This document shows, piece after piece, positions 36,415 through 48,800 of a DNA stretch of 64,000 bases; the stretch's first letter is position 1, and each line of letters opens with the position of its first letter. A program made the position numbers and the translations under genes. Source of the DNA: Pelagomonas calceolata (lineage: Eukaryota); contig CAKKNE010000004.1 of the NCBI GenBank assembly GCA_918797485.1, forward strand, positions 4,836,001 to 4,900,000, read 5' to 3'. The notes below the pieces were generated by a model. The model saw nothing but the letters and a program-made list of their open reading frames with translations. It searched no databases and had not been told where the DNA came from.

Positions 36415-36764
36415 CACGTGGAAGAGAGGGCTCGAATCCTCTCCCCGCGTGCCGTGCGCCCAAGCTCAGCTATGCTAGCCGCCGCGCCGTGAACTCGTGT
36501 CGACCGGTCGTCTCGCGCAGCTCCAAGGCTCGAATCTTCGAGTGCTCAAGATGAGGTCGTAGGGGTCTTTGGTATTTCTTTGTCACGTCGTTGCCCAAGG
36601 GCTCGAATCCTTGTACAAGTCAGGTCCTTGTTGGTGCGGCTCCGTCGGCTTGTGAAGCGTCGATCCGCGTCGCTATATGTATCACGTCGTCGCCCGAGGC
36701 TCGAATCTCGTGCGAGTCTGTTGCGGCTCCGTCGGCAGTGAAACTGCGTCGATCCGCGTCGCTT
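36415..36764. repeat. Four stem-loops sharing the loop GCTCGAAT, plus a diverged ~90-bp duplication
   Basis: Loops at 36430-36437, 36528-36535, 36601-36608 and 36699-36706, each with a different but paired stem. 36582-36674 resembles 36682-36764. Confidence 0.75.
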
Positions 36765-36826
36765 TACCACTTTTTCTTTTGTTTTCGTATGTTTTTTGGG
36801 GAAGGGGGGGAATCAAGCCCACGACA

Positions 36827-39800
36827 TTACCAGCCGCCGGGCGAGCCCATGGTCGTGCGCGGCCTCGACGGACTCGGCGAGCGCGTCGGCGAGCCACCCA
36901 TCGTCGTCCGCGGGCGACCGTCCGGAGAGACATCGCGCGAGAGCTCGGCAGAGCGCCTAGCGAGTTCGATGGCGCGCGTCGACGCCGAGTACTGATCAAT
37001 ACTCCCCACAGGTAACGGGTCGTGCAGCGCGAGGCCGATGCCCCCGACCAGGCGCACGGGCGAGCCCGTGCGGTTGATGGCCAAATCAGGTAAGGGCGCG
37101 AGGCCCGACTGGCCGAACGAACCACGCATGGCCTGCGTCGCCGTGCCGGGCAGGGGCTTGGGCTTGGCCAGCGATCGTGGATCCGGGTTGTAGTAGCGGC
37201 TCTGCGCGAGCGGCGTGCGCGGCCCGGCCGGCGGCGGCAGCGGGCTCTGCATCGTGCGGCCGCGCGGCGGCGGCGGCGCGCGGCCGCGCGTCGGCGACTC
37301 GATGGGCGGCAGGCGGTCGCCGCCCTCGCCGCCGAAGCCCTCTCCTTCCACAGCGATGCGGCCGCCGGCGGGCGGGCAGATCTTGAGGCCGCCGCCGCGC
37401 GGCCGGAGCCAGGGGGCGTCGCCCTTGCGCATGCGCGCGTAGACCGGCGCCGCGAGCGCGCGCGGCGCGGAATCGCCGTCGGACTTCGTGCAGTCCGCGA
37501 AGAGGTTGCGGAGGAGCGTGACGAGGAGCGGGCCCTCGCGCGCCGGCACGGCGACCGTCGCGGCTCCATGCGGGGCTTTGCTCCCGAGGAACGCTCTGCG
37601 AGCAAAGCGCGCCGTCGTGCACACGCGATACGTGCGCGTCTTCAGCATGCCCTTGCCCTCGAAGAAGAGGCCCTCCTTGCCGATGCGGCGGCCGGGGCGC
37701 TCGTCGGGCCGGAAGATGACGCGCACGTCGTCCGAGACGTGCGGGAAGTCGTCGCTCAGGTTCGGGTAGCGCGCGAGCGCTAATTCCAAAGCGACGCGGA
37801 TCTGGAGCCCCGTCGCCTCGACGACGACGAGGCCCGGGCCGTCGCACGCCTGTTGGGCGATGCCGTCGAGCGAATCATCGACCTTGACACCATCATCATC
37901 ATCACCCTCGAAGACGTCGACGGCGCCCTCCTCGACGCGGGGCCCGTCCTTGTCGCTGTCGGCGATGGGCGCCAGCGCTAGCAAGTCGGCGGGCGTGAGC
38001 GGCTTGCGCGGCGGGAGCTCGCCGACGGACCGCAAAGCTCTGCCATCCAAAATAGCTAAGTCGCTCCGCGTCGCCGCGGCCGCGACGTCCGCCGCGAGGC
38101 CGCCGGCCGAGGCGCCCGCGCGCCGCGTCGCGAGGTGGCGGCCACCGCGTAACGATTCGGCCGAGCAGTCCAAGGTACCCTCGCAGACGGCTGCCGTCGT
38201 CGCGAGGCCGCGCGCGACGCCTCTATGCGCGACGACCGCGAGGCGGCCGACGGCGTCGACGGCGCGCGCGCCCGGCGCGATGTTCAGGGCCTCCGCCGCT
38301 AAGTGGGGCGGCGGGCCGCTGTGGGGCTCCTCCGGCAGGATGACGGACATCTTGAGGAGGCAGGCGAGTTGCGGCGGCGCGCGAACGACCCAGCAGTAGG
38401 CCTCGTCCGTCTCGTGGCGGTGCGCGCCCGACGGCGGCGCCTCGCCGCGCGGCCCGCTCACGACGATGACGTCGGCCATGCCGTTCGCCGCTTGGGCAAG
38501 CTCGCCGCCCGGCGACGACTTGCCAGTGCCCCCGCCGACGGCCGCCAAGACAATGACGACCTCGGCGCCGTTGCGTCTGAGTTCGCCACCGAGTCTACGG
38601 ACGCAGGCGTCCTCGTCCTCGACGCGCACGGGCGGCGGCGAGCCCTTCTGGCTGTCGCTACCCGTGTTGCCGGACACCACCTCTAGAGTCGCGCAGTCCC
38701 TTAGCTTCTCGGCAGCCGCGACGGCGATGATGCCTACTTTGCGGCCCTGCCATGTCACTAAGCGAGAAGCTTGTGTCCCAGCGAGGGGCTTCGACGTTCG
38801 GGCATCCGAGACATTGGAGAGCAACAAAGGGAAGTTGCAGGCGTTGGCGATGCGTTCTAAATTCGCACACCCGTAGTCCAAATCACTAGGTCCGACGCCG
38901 CCACAGTAGACGCCCATGGCGTTCGCCGTGGGGACGACGTGGTCGCCGCGCGTGACGGTGCCCTCGAAGGACGCGCCGAAGGAATTGCCCGTGAACAGCA
39001 CCAACGGCTCGTTCTCCTTGCCGCATTCTTCTCTTTCATCTTCGATGGCCGCACACAAGCGCGCCCCGGCACCGGACACCTTCTTCTTCTGCGACTTGTT
39101 GCCCTTGGCACCTCCATTGAGGTCGGCCATGTCGCCGAAAATCAGCAAAGGCAGCTCCACCCCACCACCCGTCCAGGGCGCCGGGCGGCGCCGCTTCTTG
39201 CCGCCCGTGGCGGATAGGCCCGACGCGATGGCCTCCTCCGCGCGCGCCTTGGCCCGTTCATCGAGTTTCGCTGCTAAAGCTTTCTCGATGATCGCCTCCC
39301 ATTCGAAGGCGTCGATCAGGCCATCTCCGGAAGTATCGAGGGTCTTGATCGACTTCTCGATCTTCTCGGGAATCAACAGATCCTGGAGGTTCTGGTTGCC
39401 GCAGTCCTTGACGAAGGCGATGACCTCTTGGTTCGACGTGACGCCCGTCTTGATCTCGTCGTGGTCCAACAGCCCGGACGCGTCCGTGTCGATGAGATCG
39501 AAGACCTTGCGCGCGGCGGCCATGAACTCGGCCGTGAAGGCGCCGTCTTCCGCTGCTGCCGCGCGCGCCCGCCGCTCCCGGTCCTCGGCGAGCTGTGCGA
39601 GGCGCACCTTGAGGCCGCGCTGGATCGCCTCCTCCCTGCGTGGTGCAACGACCGGTTAGCAGTCGCAGCGATGGCGTCCGGGTTGCATCTCTTTCGGACG
39701 CTGACCACGCACCACTCGTCGACGTCGACCTCGCCGTCCTGCGACGTGTCCAGCGCGTTGAGCGCCCGGTCCAATCGCTTCGGCTCCAACAAAAACTGCA

Positions 39801-42800
39801 AATTTTCCTCGCCGCAGTCCTTGAGGAAGTCGATGACCTCCTTGTCGCTCTTGACGCTCTTCTTGATCTCCTCCTTCGTCAGCGTGCCGGAGTTGTCGAC
39901 GTCGATCATCGCGAAGACGCGCCGCGCGGCGCCCAAAAACTCGGCCGAGAAGGCCGCGTTCTCGGCGGCGGCGGCCTTGGCGCGCCGCTCCTGCTCGTCC
40001 TGGAGCTGCGAGACGCGCTTCGCGAGGCCGCGCTTGATCGCTTCTTCCCCTGTGTGCGTGAATGGTGAGTGAAGCTACATGTGTCGTGACGGCGGCGTCG
40101 CGGCGACAGCGCCACCGCTCTCGCGAGGCGCGCGGACTCTCTGACGGCCGCATCGACGCCATCGACGCGACCGCGAGACGCGTATAGACTCTCCCGCGCT
40201 CACGACGACGGCGTAAAAAACAAGACGCCGCTCCCGTACATTCGTCCATGTCCAGCTCGCCGTCCTTGCTCGTGTCCAGGGCATCCAGGCTCGCTTCTAA
40301 ACGAGCGGGCACCAGCAGGAACTGCAGGTTCGGCTCGCCGCAGTTCTGCAGGAAGTCCTTGACGGACTTGTCGGAAGACACGCTGTGCACGATCTCCGTC
40401 TTCGTGAGCGTGCCCGAGTTGTCCTTGTCGATCATCAGGAAGCACTCGCGCGCCGCGTTGAGGAACTCGGCCGTGAAGGCCTCGATCTCCGCGCGGTTGG
40501 CCGACTGCGCCTGCTCGCGCTCGACGCGGCGCTGCTCGAGCTTGGCTTTCAAGGCCGTCTCGATGGCCGCCTCCCACTCCATGGCGTCGATCTCGCCCGA
40601 TCTATCGGTATCCAGCGCTTCTAGGGCTGCTTCTAAACGAGCCGGCACGAGCAAGTACTGGAGGTTCGGGTTGCCGCAGTCATTGAGGAAGGTGATGACC
40701 TCCTGCGAACGGCGCGAAGCGTGAAGCGGTCGTGCGATTCCTCACCACCACACACCAAACACACGAAAAGAGCAGTTCCGCAGATCACGGATTGAAGGTT
40801 GTAGGACGCCGCGTTCGCGCCTTGTCGTTGGCCACCGCATCCACAATCTCCTTCTTCGTGAGCGTGCCGGACTGGTCCTTGTCGATCATGTCGAAGACGG
40901 CGCGCGCCATCGTCAGGAACTCGGCGCTGAACTCCTCGTCGGCCGCGGCGGCCGCGCGCATGCGCCGCTCCTGCTCGGCCTGGAGCTGCTCGACGCGCTT
41001 GGCCAGGCCGCGGTAGATCGCCTCCTCCCCTGTGCGTGAATCAACCCGTGAGTCCGGTGCCCCCTTCTTATTTCTCGGCGACGACGCGACCGTGCTGGAA
41101 CCACCGCCACGCCGTCGAGCAGGCGTCGCGTCGATCGGATGACAAGCGAAGCTACACGTAAAAACAAGACGCCGCTCCCGTACATTCGTCGACGTCCACC
41201 TCGCCGGAATTGTCCGTGTCGAGCTGCTCGAGGGCCTTTTCTAATCTCGCCGGCTGCAGCAGGAACTGCAGGTTCTCCTCGCCGCAGTTCCGCAGGAAGT
41301 CGATGACCGGGCGGTCTTCGCGCACGGCTCTCACAATTTCCGTCTTCGACAGCGACCCCGAGTCGTCCTTGTCGATGAGCGCGAAGGCCTCGCGCGCGGC
41401 GTTCAGGAAATTCGCCGTGAATTCCTCGATCTCCTTGCGGAAGGCCTCGGCGTTCGCCTCGCGCATCGCGCGCCGCTGCTCGAGCTTCTTCTGGAGGGCC
41501 TTGGCGATGGCGTCCTCCCATTCGTTCGCATCAATTTCATCATCACCATCCTTGTCCAAGACGGACAGGGCGTGGTTCAGGCGTGACGGCACCAACAAAT
41601 ACTGCAGGTTTTCGTTGCCACAGTTCGCGAGGAACATCTTGACCTCCTTATTTTCCTTGACGGCCGTGATAATTTCCTGCTTTGTGAGCGTGCCGGAGTT
41701 GTCGACGTCGATCATCTCGAAGACCTTCCTAGCCGCAGATAGGAACTCGGCCGAGAACTCCTCGTCGGCCGCGGCCGCCGCCTTGGCGCGCCGCTCCTGC
41801 TCGGCCTTCAGGTCGGCCGTGCGCTTCTCTAAGCCTCTATAGATCGCCGCCTCCCACTCGTCGGCGTCGATCTCGCCGTCCTGCGACGTGTCCAGCACCT
41901 TCAATGCCTTCTCGAGGCGCTTCGGCTGCAGCAGGAACTGCAGGTTCGGCTCGCCGCAGCTGCCCAAAAACGAGATCACTTTTTTGTCGTGCGTCACGGC
42001 GTCCACAATTTCGGTTTTCGTCAGGCTGCCGTTGCCGTCCGCGTCGATGAGCGCGAAGACCTCCCTGGCGGCGTTCAGGAACTGCTCCTTGAAGGCTTCG
42101 AGCTCGCGCCGGTCCGCGGCGGCCTGGGCCTCGCGGGCCGCGCGGCGCTGCTCGATCTTCGCCTTGAGGGCCTGCTCGATCGCGGCTTCCCATTCGGGCG
42201 CCGTGATCTCGCCGTCCGAGTCGGTGTCGAGGCAGTTGAGCGCATGTTCTAACCGGGACGGCACGAGCAGCGACTGTAAATTCTCGTTGCCGCAGTTGCT
42301 GAGGAATTTGATCACTTCATCGTTATTCTTCACCGCATCGACGATCTCAGCCTTGGAGAGCGTCCCGCCGCCGTCCGCGTCGATCATGTCGAAGACCTGC
42401 GTTAGTTACGTTAAGTTAGTTACGTTAAGCCGAAACACCAAGAAGCAAACAAACGCGCGCGCACGGAAGGGGGTTTGATTGATTGGACGCAGGAAACGGA
42501 CCTTGCGGGCCATGTTCAGGAACTCGGCGCTGAACTCCTCGTCCGCGGCCGCCGCGGCGCGCTCGCGCCGCTCGCGCTCGTCGGCCAGCTCGTCCAAGCG
42601 CTTCGCCAGGCCGCGCTTGATGGCCGCCATCCACTCGTCCATGTCCATCTCGCCGTCCTTGGACGTGTCCAGCATGTCCAGGGCCTTGCTGAGGCGGGCC
42701 GGCTGCGTGAGGGCCACGAGGTTCGGCTCGCCGCACGTCTTGAGGAAGTCGATGACCTCCTTGTCCGACTTCACCGCAACCACAATCTCCTCCTTGGTCA

Positions 42801-45800
42801 GCGTGCCCGAGTCGTCCTTGTCGATGAGCTCGAAGCAGCGCTGCGCGGCCTCCATGAAGTGCGCGGTGAACTCCGCGATCTCGCGCTGCGCCGCCGCGGC
42901 GGCCGCCTCGCGCGCCTTCTTCTTCGCCTCGAGCTTGTTCTTGAGGGCGCTCTCGATGGCGGCCTCCCTGCGTAGGTATGAACCGGTGGGGCGCGTCGGC
43001 GGAAACGTGTGACGACGCGGCGTCCGCACCACTCCGGCAGGTCGACCTCGCCCGACCGATCCGTATCAAGCTCCGCGAGCGCAGCTTCTAAACGAGCCGG
43101 CACGAGCAAGTACTGGAGGTTCGGGTTGCCGCAGTTGACGAGGAAGTCGATAACTTCCTTGTTCGCCTTGACGGCGGTGGTGATCTCATCCTTTGTGAGC
43201 GTGCCCGAGTCGTCCTCGTCGATCATCATGAAGACCTTGCGCGCCGCGAACAAGAATTCGGCCGAAAAGGCCTCGTCCTCCGCGGCCGCGGCGCGCTCGC
43301 GGCGCTCGCGCTCGTCGGCGAGCTGCTCGAGGCGCTTCGACAGGCCCCGGCGGATCGCCTCCTCCCCTGCGCGCGAATCAACCAGTGAGATGTGTCCGTC
43401 GAGCAGGCGTCGCGTTCGGATGGCAAGTAGGACGCCGGGCAGTACACTCGTCGATGTCCACTTCTCCCGAGCCGTCCGTGTCGAGCTCGCGCAGCGCGTG
43501 GTCGAGCCGCTTCGGCTGCAGCAGGAACATCAGCGTCTCGTCGCCGCACGTCTTGAGGAAGTCCTTGACGACCTTGTCCGACTTGACCGCCGTAGTGATC
43601 TCGTCGATGGCGAGCGAACCCGAGTCGTCCTTGTCGATGAGCTCAAACACCTCGCGCGCCTTGTTCAAAAATTCTTTGGTGAAGGCCTCGTTCTCCGCGC
43701 GCGCCTTCGCCGCGGCCTCGGCGCGGTCCTTGGCCCGCTGCTCGAGCTTGTTCGCGAGGGCTTGCGCGATGGCCGCCTCCCTGCGTGGAACATCGACCGG
43801 TGAGCACGCCATCACCGCAACACGCCATCGCCGCGTAAAGTTTGAGACTCCGAAACGCACCACTCGGGCAGGTCCACCTCGCCGGACTTGTCCGTGTCGA
43901 GCTCGGCGAGCGTCTTCTCGAGCTTCGAGGGCACCATGAGGTCCGACAGGTTCTGGTTGCCGCAGGAGATGAGGAACTTCTGGACCTCGTCCTCGTTCTT
44001 GACGGCGTGCAAAATCTCCTCCTTCGTCAGCGTGCCGGAGTCGTCCTTGTCCATCATGATGAACACGTCCCGGGCGGCGTTCAGGAAGCCCGCGCTGAAC
44101 TCCTCGTCGGCGGCGGCCGCCGCGCGCTCGCGCCGCTCGCGCTCGTCGGCGAGCTGCTCGAGGCGCTTCTTGAGGCCGCGGTGGATCGCCTCCTCCCCTG
44201 TGCGCGAATCAACCGGTGAACGTCGATCGCATGACAAGTAGGACGCCGGGCCGCACATTCCTCGACGTCGACCTCGCCCGAGTTGTCCGTGTCGAGCTGC
44301 TGGAGCGCGTGGTCGAGGCGCTTCGGCTTGAGCAAAAACTGCAGGTTCTCCTCGCCGCAGTTCTGGAGGAAGTCCTTGACTTCCTCGTCGCTCTTGACAG
44401 CTTCCACAATCTCGGCCTTCGCTAAAGCACCGGAATCGTCCTTGTCGATCATCTCGAAGACCTTGCGCGCGGCGTTCAAAAACTCGGCCGTGAACGCGGC
44501 GATCTCGGCCGCCGCCTCCTTGGCCCGGCGCTCGCGGTCGGCCGCGCGCTGCGCCAGCTTCGCCTTGAGCGCCGTCTCGATGGCCGTCTCCCACTCCGGG
44601 AGCTCGATCTCGCCCGAGCCGTCAGAATCGATGGCCTTAAGGGACGCCTCGAGCTTCGACGGCATGAGCAGGTACTGGAGGTTGCGGTCGCCGCAGTCGT
44701 TGAGGAACTTCTTCACTTCCGCATTCGTCTTCACGGCGCCCAGGATCTCCTGGTGGCTCAGCGAGCCGCTGTCGTCCTTGTCCATGAGCATGAAGACCTC
44801 CCGGGCCGCGTTGAGGAACGCGGCGGAGAACGCCTCGTCCTCCGCCCGCGCCGCCCGCTCGCGGCGCTCGCGCTCCTCGCGCAGCTGCTCGAGCCGCGCC
44901 GCGAGGCCCCGGTGGATCGCCTCGTCCCTGCGCGCAGCGAGCGGTGAGCTTCGCGCGAGGCCCGTCGCGTCGATGGCGTCTCGGTGGCCCCATATCGCGA
45001 CGATCGGCTCTGAGCTTCGGAGGCGGACTGTCGCATCGATGGCGTCTCAAGTTGAAAGGTATGACCGAGTTATGTCGGTGACGGAAAGGACGCCGCCAGA
45101 CGCACCACTCCTCCTCGTCAACTTCCCCAGACTTGTCCGTGTCGAGGGCCTCGAGCGCCTTCTTCAGGCGCTTGGGCCGTAATAAAAATTGGAGGTTCGG
45201 CTCGCCGCAGTTCTCGAGGAAGTCGATGACCTCCTGGTCCTCCTTCACGGCGCGCGTGATCTCGTCGATCGCGAGGCTGCCCGAGCCGTCCTTGTCGATC
45301 ATCTCGAAGACCTTCTGGGCGGCCGCCATGAACTCGGCCGTGAAGGCCTCCATCTCCTTGCGCCACGCGCGCGCGCGCTCCTCGCGGTCCGCCGCGCGCT
45401 GCCGGAGCTTCTCCTTCAGTGCTTCGGCGATGGCCCTTTCCCATTCGGGAGCTGAAATCTCCCCGTCCAAATCCGCATCGAGCTCGTCGAGCGTCGCCTC
45501 CAACCGCGCCGGCACCAGCAGGTCCTGCAGGTACTTGTTGCCGCAGTTCACGAGGAAGGCGATCACTTCCTTGTTGCTCTTGACAGCCTTCATGATCTCG
45601 CCCCGATCCAACGACCCACTGCTATCAACGTCCATCATGTCGAAGATCTGGCGGGCCATGTTCAGGAAGGCCTCGGAGAAGGCCGCGTCCTCGGCGGCGG
45701 CGGCCTGCTCGCGCCGCGCGCGCGCCTCCTGGAGCTGCTCGACGCGCTTCTTTAATCCTCGCTGGATCGCCACTTCCCACTCATCTTCATCGATCTCGCC

Positions 45801-48800
45801 GTCCTTGCTCGTATCCAACTCCTTCATGGCCTTGTCGATGCGCTTCGGCTGTAACAAGAACTGTAAATTCCTCTCCCCACAAGTCTGGAGGAACGTGACC
45901 ACTTCCTTGTCATTTTGCACGGAGTCCACGACCTCCTGCTTGACGAGCGTCCCCGACTTGTCCTTGTCCATGAGCTTGAAGGCTTTTCTCGCAGCGTTCA
46001 GGAACTCGGCCGTGAACTCCTCGAGCTCCTTTCTAGCCGCCTCGGCGCGCGCGTCGCGCTCGGCTTGCCGCGCGGCCAGCTTCGCCTTCAGCGCCGCCTC
46101 GATGGCCGCCTGCCACTCGCTCCGGTCGATCTCGCCGTCGTCGTTCGTGTCCATGACCTTGAGGGCGTTCTGCAGACGACTCGGTACCAATAAATATTGT
46201 AAATTTTTATTCCCGCAGCCCTTGAGGAAGTCCTGGACCTTGCGGTTATGCTTCACGGCGTTCGTCAACTCGTCGTGCGTCAACGTGTCCGACTTGTCCT
46301 CGTCGATCATGTCGAAGATCTCTTCCGCGAGCTTGAGGAACTCGGCCGTGAACTGGCCGTCCGCCGCCGCGGCCGCGCGCTCGCGCCGTTCCCGATCCTC
46401 GGCCATGGCCTGGAGCCGCTTCTCGAGGCCCGCCAAGACGGCGGCTTCCCACTCTTCCAGGTCGACCTCGCCGCTCCCGTCCGTGTCGATCTCGATCAAA
46501 GCTTTTTCGAGCTTCTTGGGTTTGAGTAGCGCCGCTAAAAATTCGTTCCCGCAATTAATGAGGAACTTGACGACCTCCTCGTCCTCCTCGACGCCTCTTA
46601 TAATTTCATCTCGCGACAGGGTCCCGCCGTCGTCGACGTCGAGCATCGCGAACACCTGCCGCGCCAAGACCAAGACCTCGGCCGCGAGCTTGTCGCGCGC
46701 CTTCCGCGCCTCGGCGCGCTTCCGCGCGCGCTCCTCGGCGATCTGGGCGAGGCGCACCTGCAGGGCCTTCTCGATGGCCTCCTCCCTGCGTGTTATGAAC
46801 AGTGAGCGCGCGTCGAAAGACGAAACGGGGGACGCCGCGTACCATACCACTCCTCGATCTCGATGACCCCGCTCCCGTCCGTGTCCAGGGCCTTCATGGC
46901 CTTGTCCAACCGACTGGGAATCAATAACTCCTGCAGGAACTCGTTGCCGCAGTCCTTCAAAAAGTTCTTGACCATCGGGTTATGGGCGACGCCGCCGACG
47001 AACTCATCATGATCCAAGGACATGCTCTCGTCCGTGTCTAAGAGTCGAAACACCTCCATGGCCGCCGCCAGGAACTCCTTCGTGAAGGCCTCGTCGGCCA
47101 AGCGGTCGGCCTCGCGCTGCGCCGCCCGTTCCGCTTCGAGCTCGGCGAGCTTCTTCTCTAAAGCAGCCTGGATGGCGATCTCCCACTCAGGCTTGTCGAT
47201 CTCGCCCGAACCGTCGGCGTCGATCTCCGTCAAAGCTGCGCGTAATCGTCTCGGTACCAACATGTCCTGCAGGAACTTATTCCCACAATTAACCATGAAC
47301 CGGATGACCTCCTGGTTCTCGGTCGTCGCGTCGACCAACTCCTGGGTCGCAAGACTATTGGAATTATCGACGTCGATCAGCTCGAAGACCTGGCGCGCGG
47401 CCGCCATGAACTCGGCGATGAACCTCTCGTCTTCAGCACGAGACAGGGCCGCGCGGCGCTTCTGGTCCGCACTCAGGCGGCCGAGCTGCACCCGTAACGC
47501 CGCTTCCACGGCCTCCTCCCACTCCTGCGTCGAGATCTCGCCGTCCGAATCCGTATCTAAATCCGCGAGGGCCTTCTCGAGGCGCTTCGGATGTAACAAT
47601 TGTTTAAAAATAAGGTTGCCCGAGTTCTGGAGGAAGTCCACAATTTCATTATCGTTCTCCACCGCATCGACCATCTCCTCCTTCGTGATCGTGCCCGAGT
47701 AGTCCTTGTCGATCATCTCAAAAATCTTCCGCGCCATGGCCAAAAACTTCTGCGTGAGGGCCTCCTCTTCCGCCCGTTCCGCGGCTTCGCGCTTCGCGCG
47801 TTCCGCTCGTAGCTTCTTGAGCTTCTCGTCGAGGGCCTTCTCGACGATGGCGTCCCACTCCTCGAGGGAAATCTCGCCGTCGGAATTCTTGTCGATCTCG
47901 TGCAGCGACTTCTTGATCTCCTTGGGGTCGAGCAGATGGCCGAGCAACGGATTGCCGCAAGTAGCCAGGAAGGTCTTGACCTCCTCCTCATATCTCAGAG
48001 ATCGGACGATCTCCTCTTCGGTCAACGAGTTACTACCGTCCGTGTCGATCAAAAAGAACACTTTGCGAGCGAGCTTCTTGAACTCCTCGCGGAAGGCCGC
48101 ATCTTCCGCCTCGCCCGCGGCCTGCGACCGCGCCCGCTGGTCCGCGAAGCGCTTCAACCGGATCTCCAGCGCCAGGTCGATGGCTAACATCCACTCGTGC
48201 TTGCTAATCTCGCCGTCCTTGTCCCGATCTAATTTGGCAAAGGAGGCGGGAAAGCGCTTCTCGTCGAGCATGAGCTGCATGTCCATGTTCCCGCACGTCC
48301 AGAGGAACTTGACGACCTCGGGCTCCTCGGCGATGGACTCCTGGAGCTCCTCGGCGGTCATGCCGCCGTTGTCGTCGAGGTCGATGAGTCGGAAGGCCTT
48401 CGACGCATTATCTAAAAACTTGGCCACGAACTCAATGTCCAGCGGGTTGATCGAGACGACTTCCCCCGACGCGTTCACGCGCGTCGGCCACGGCGTGTCG
48501 TCCTTCCACGCATCCCTCGCGGCCATCAACGCCGCCAACGCGGGATCCATCTCGTCGTCGTCGAAGCCCTTGCCGCCCTTGGCGTCCCAGGGGTTCGGGC
48601 CCTTGCCCTCGCGGTCTCGCTCCGCGGCCCGCTGCGCGAGCTTCTTCTCGAGCGCGCCCTCGACGGCGCCGTCCCATTCTGCCGCTCCAATTTCTCCTTC
48701 ACACTCCAGGTCGGCCTGGGCCAGAGCCTGCCCGATGCAGTCCGGCTCGAGCACCGTCTTCAAATCGGGATTGTCGCAGCCTTCCACGATGTTCACGATC

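Noticed and set aside
36400..36460. tRNA gene
   Set aside because: The loop is GCTCGAAT rather than TTCGAAT, and no D or anticodon arms could be built; kept as a hairpin finding.
42400..42430. GTTAGTTACGTTAA tandem duplication as a telomere-like or regulatory repeat
   Set aside because: Only two copies, inside an intron near the branch region; most simply a local slippage duplication.
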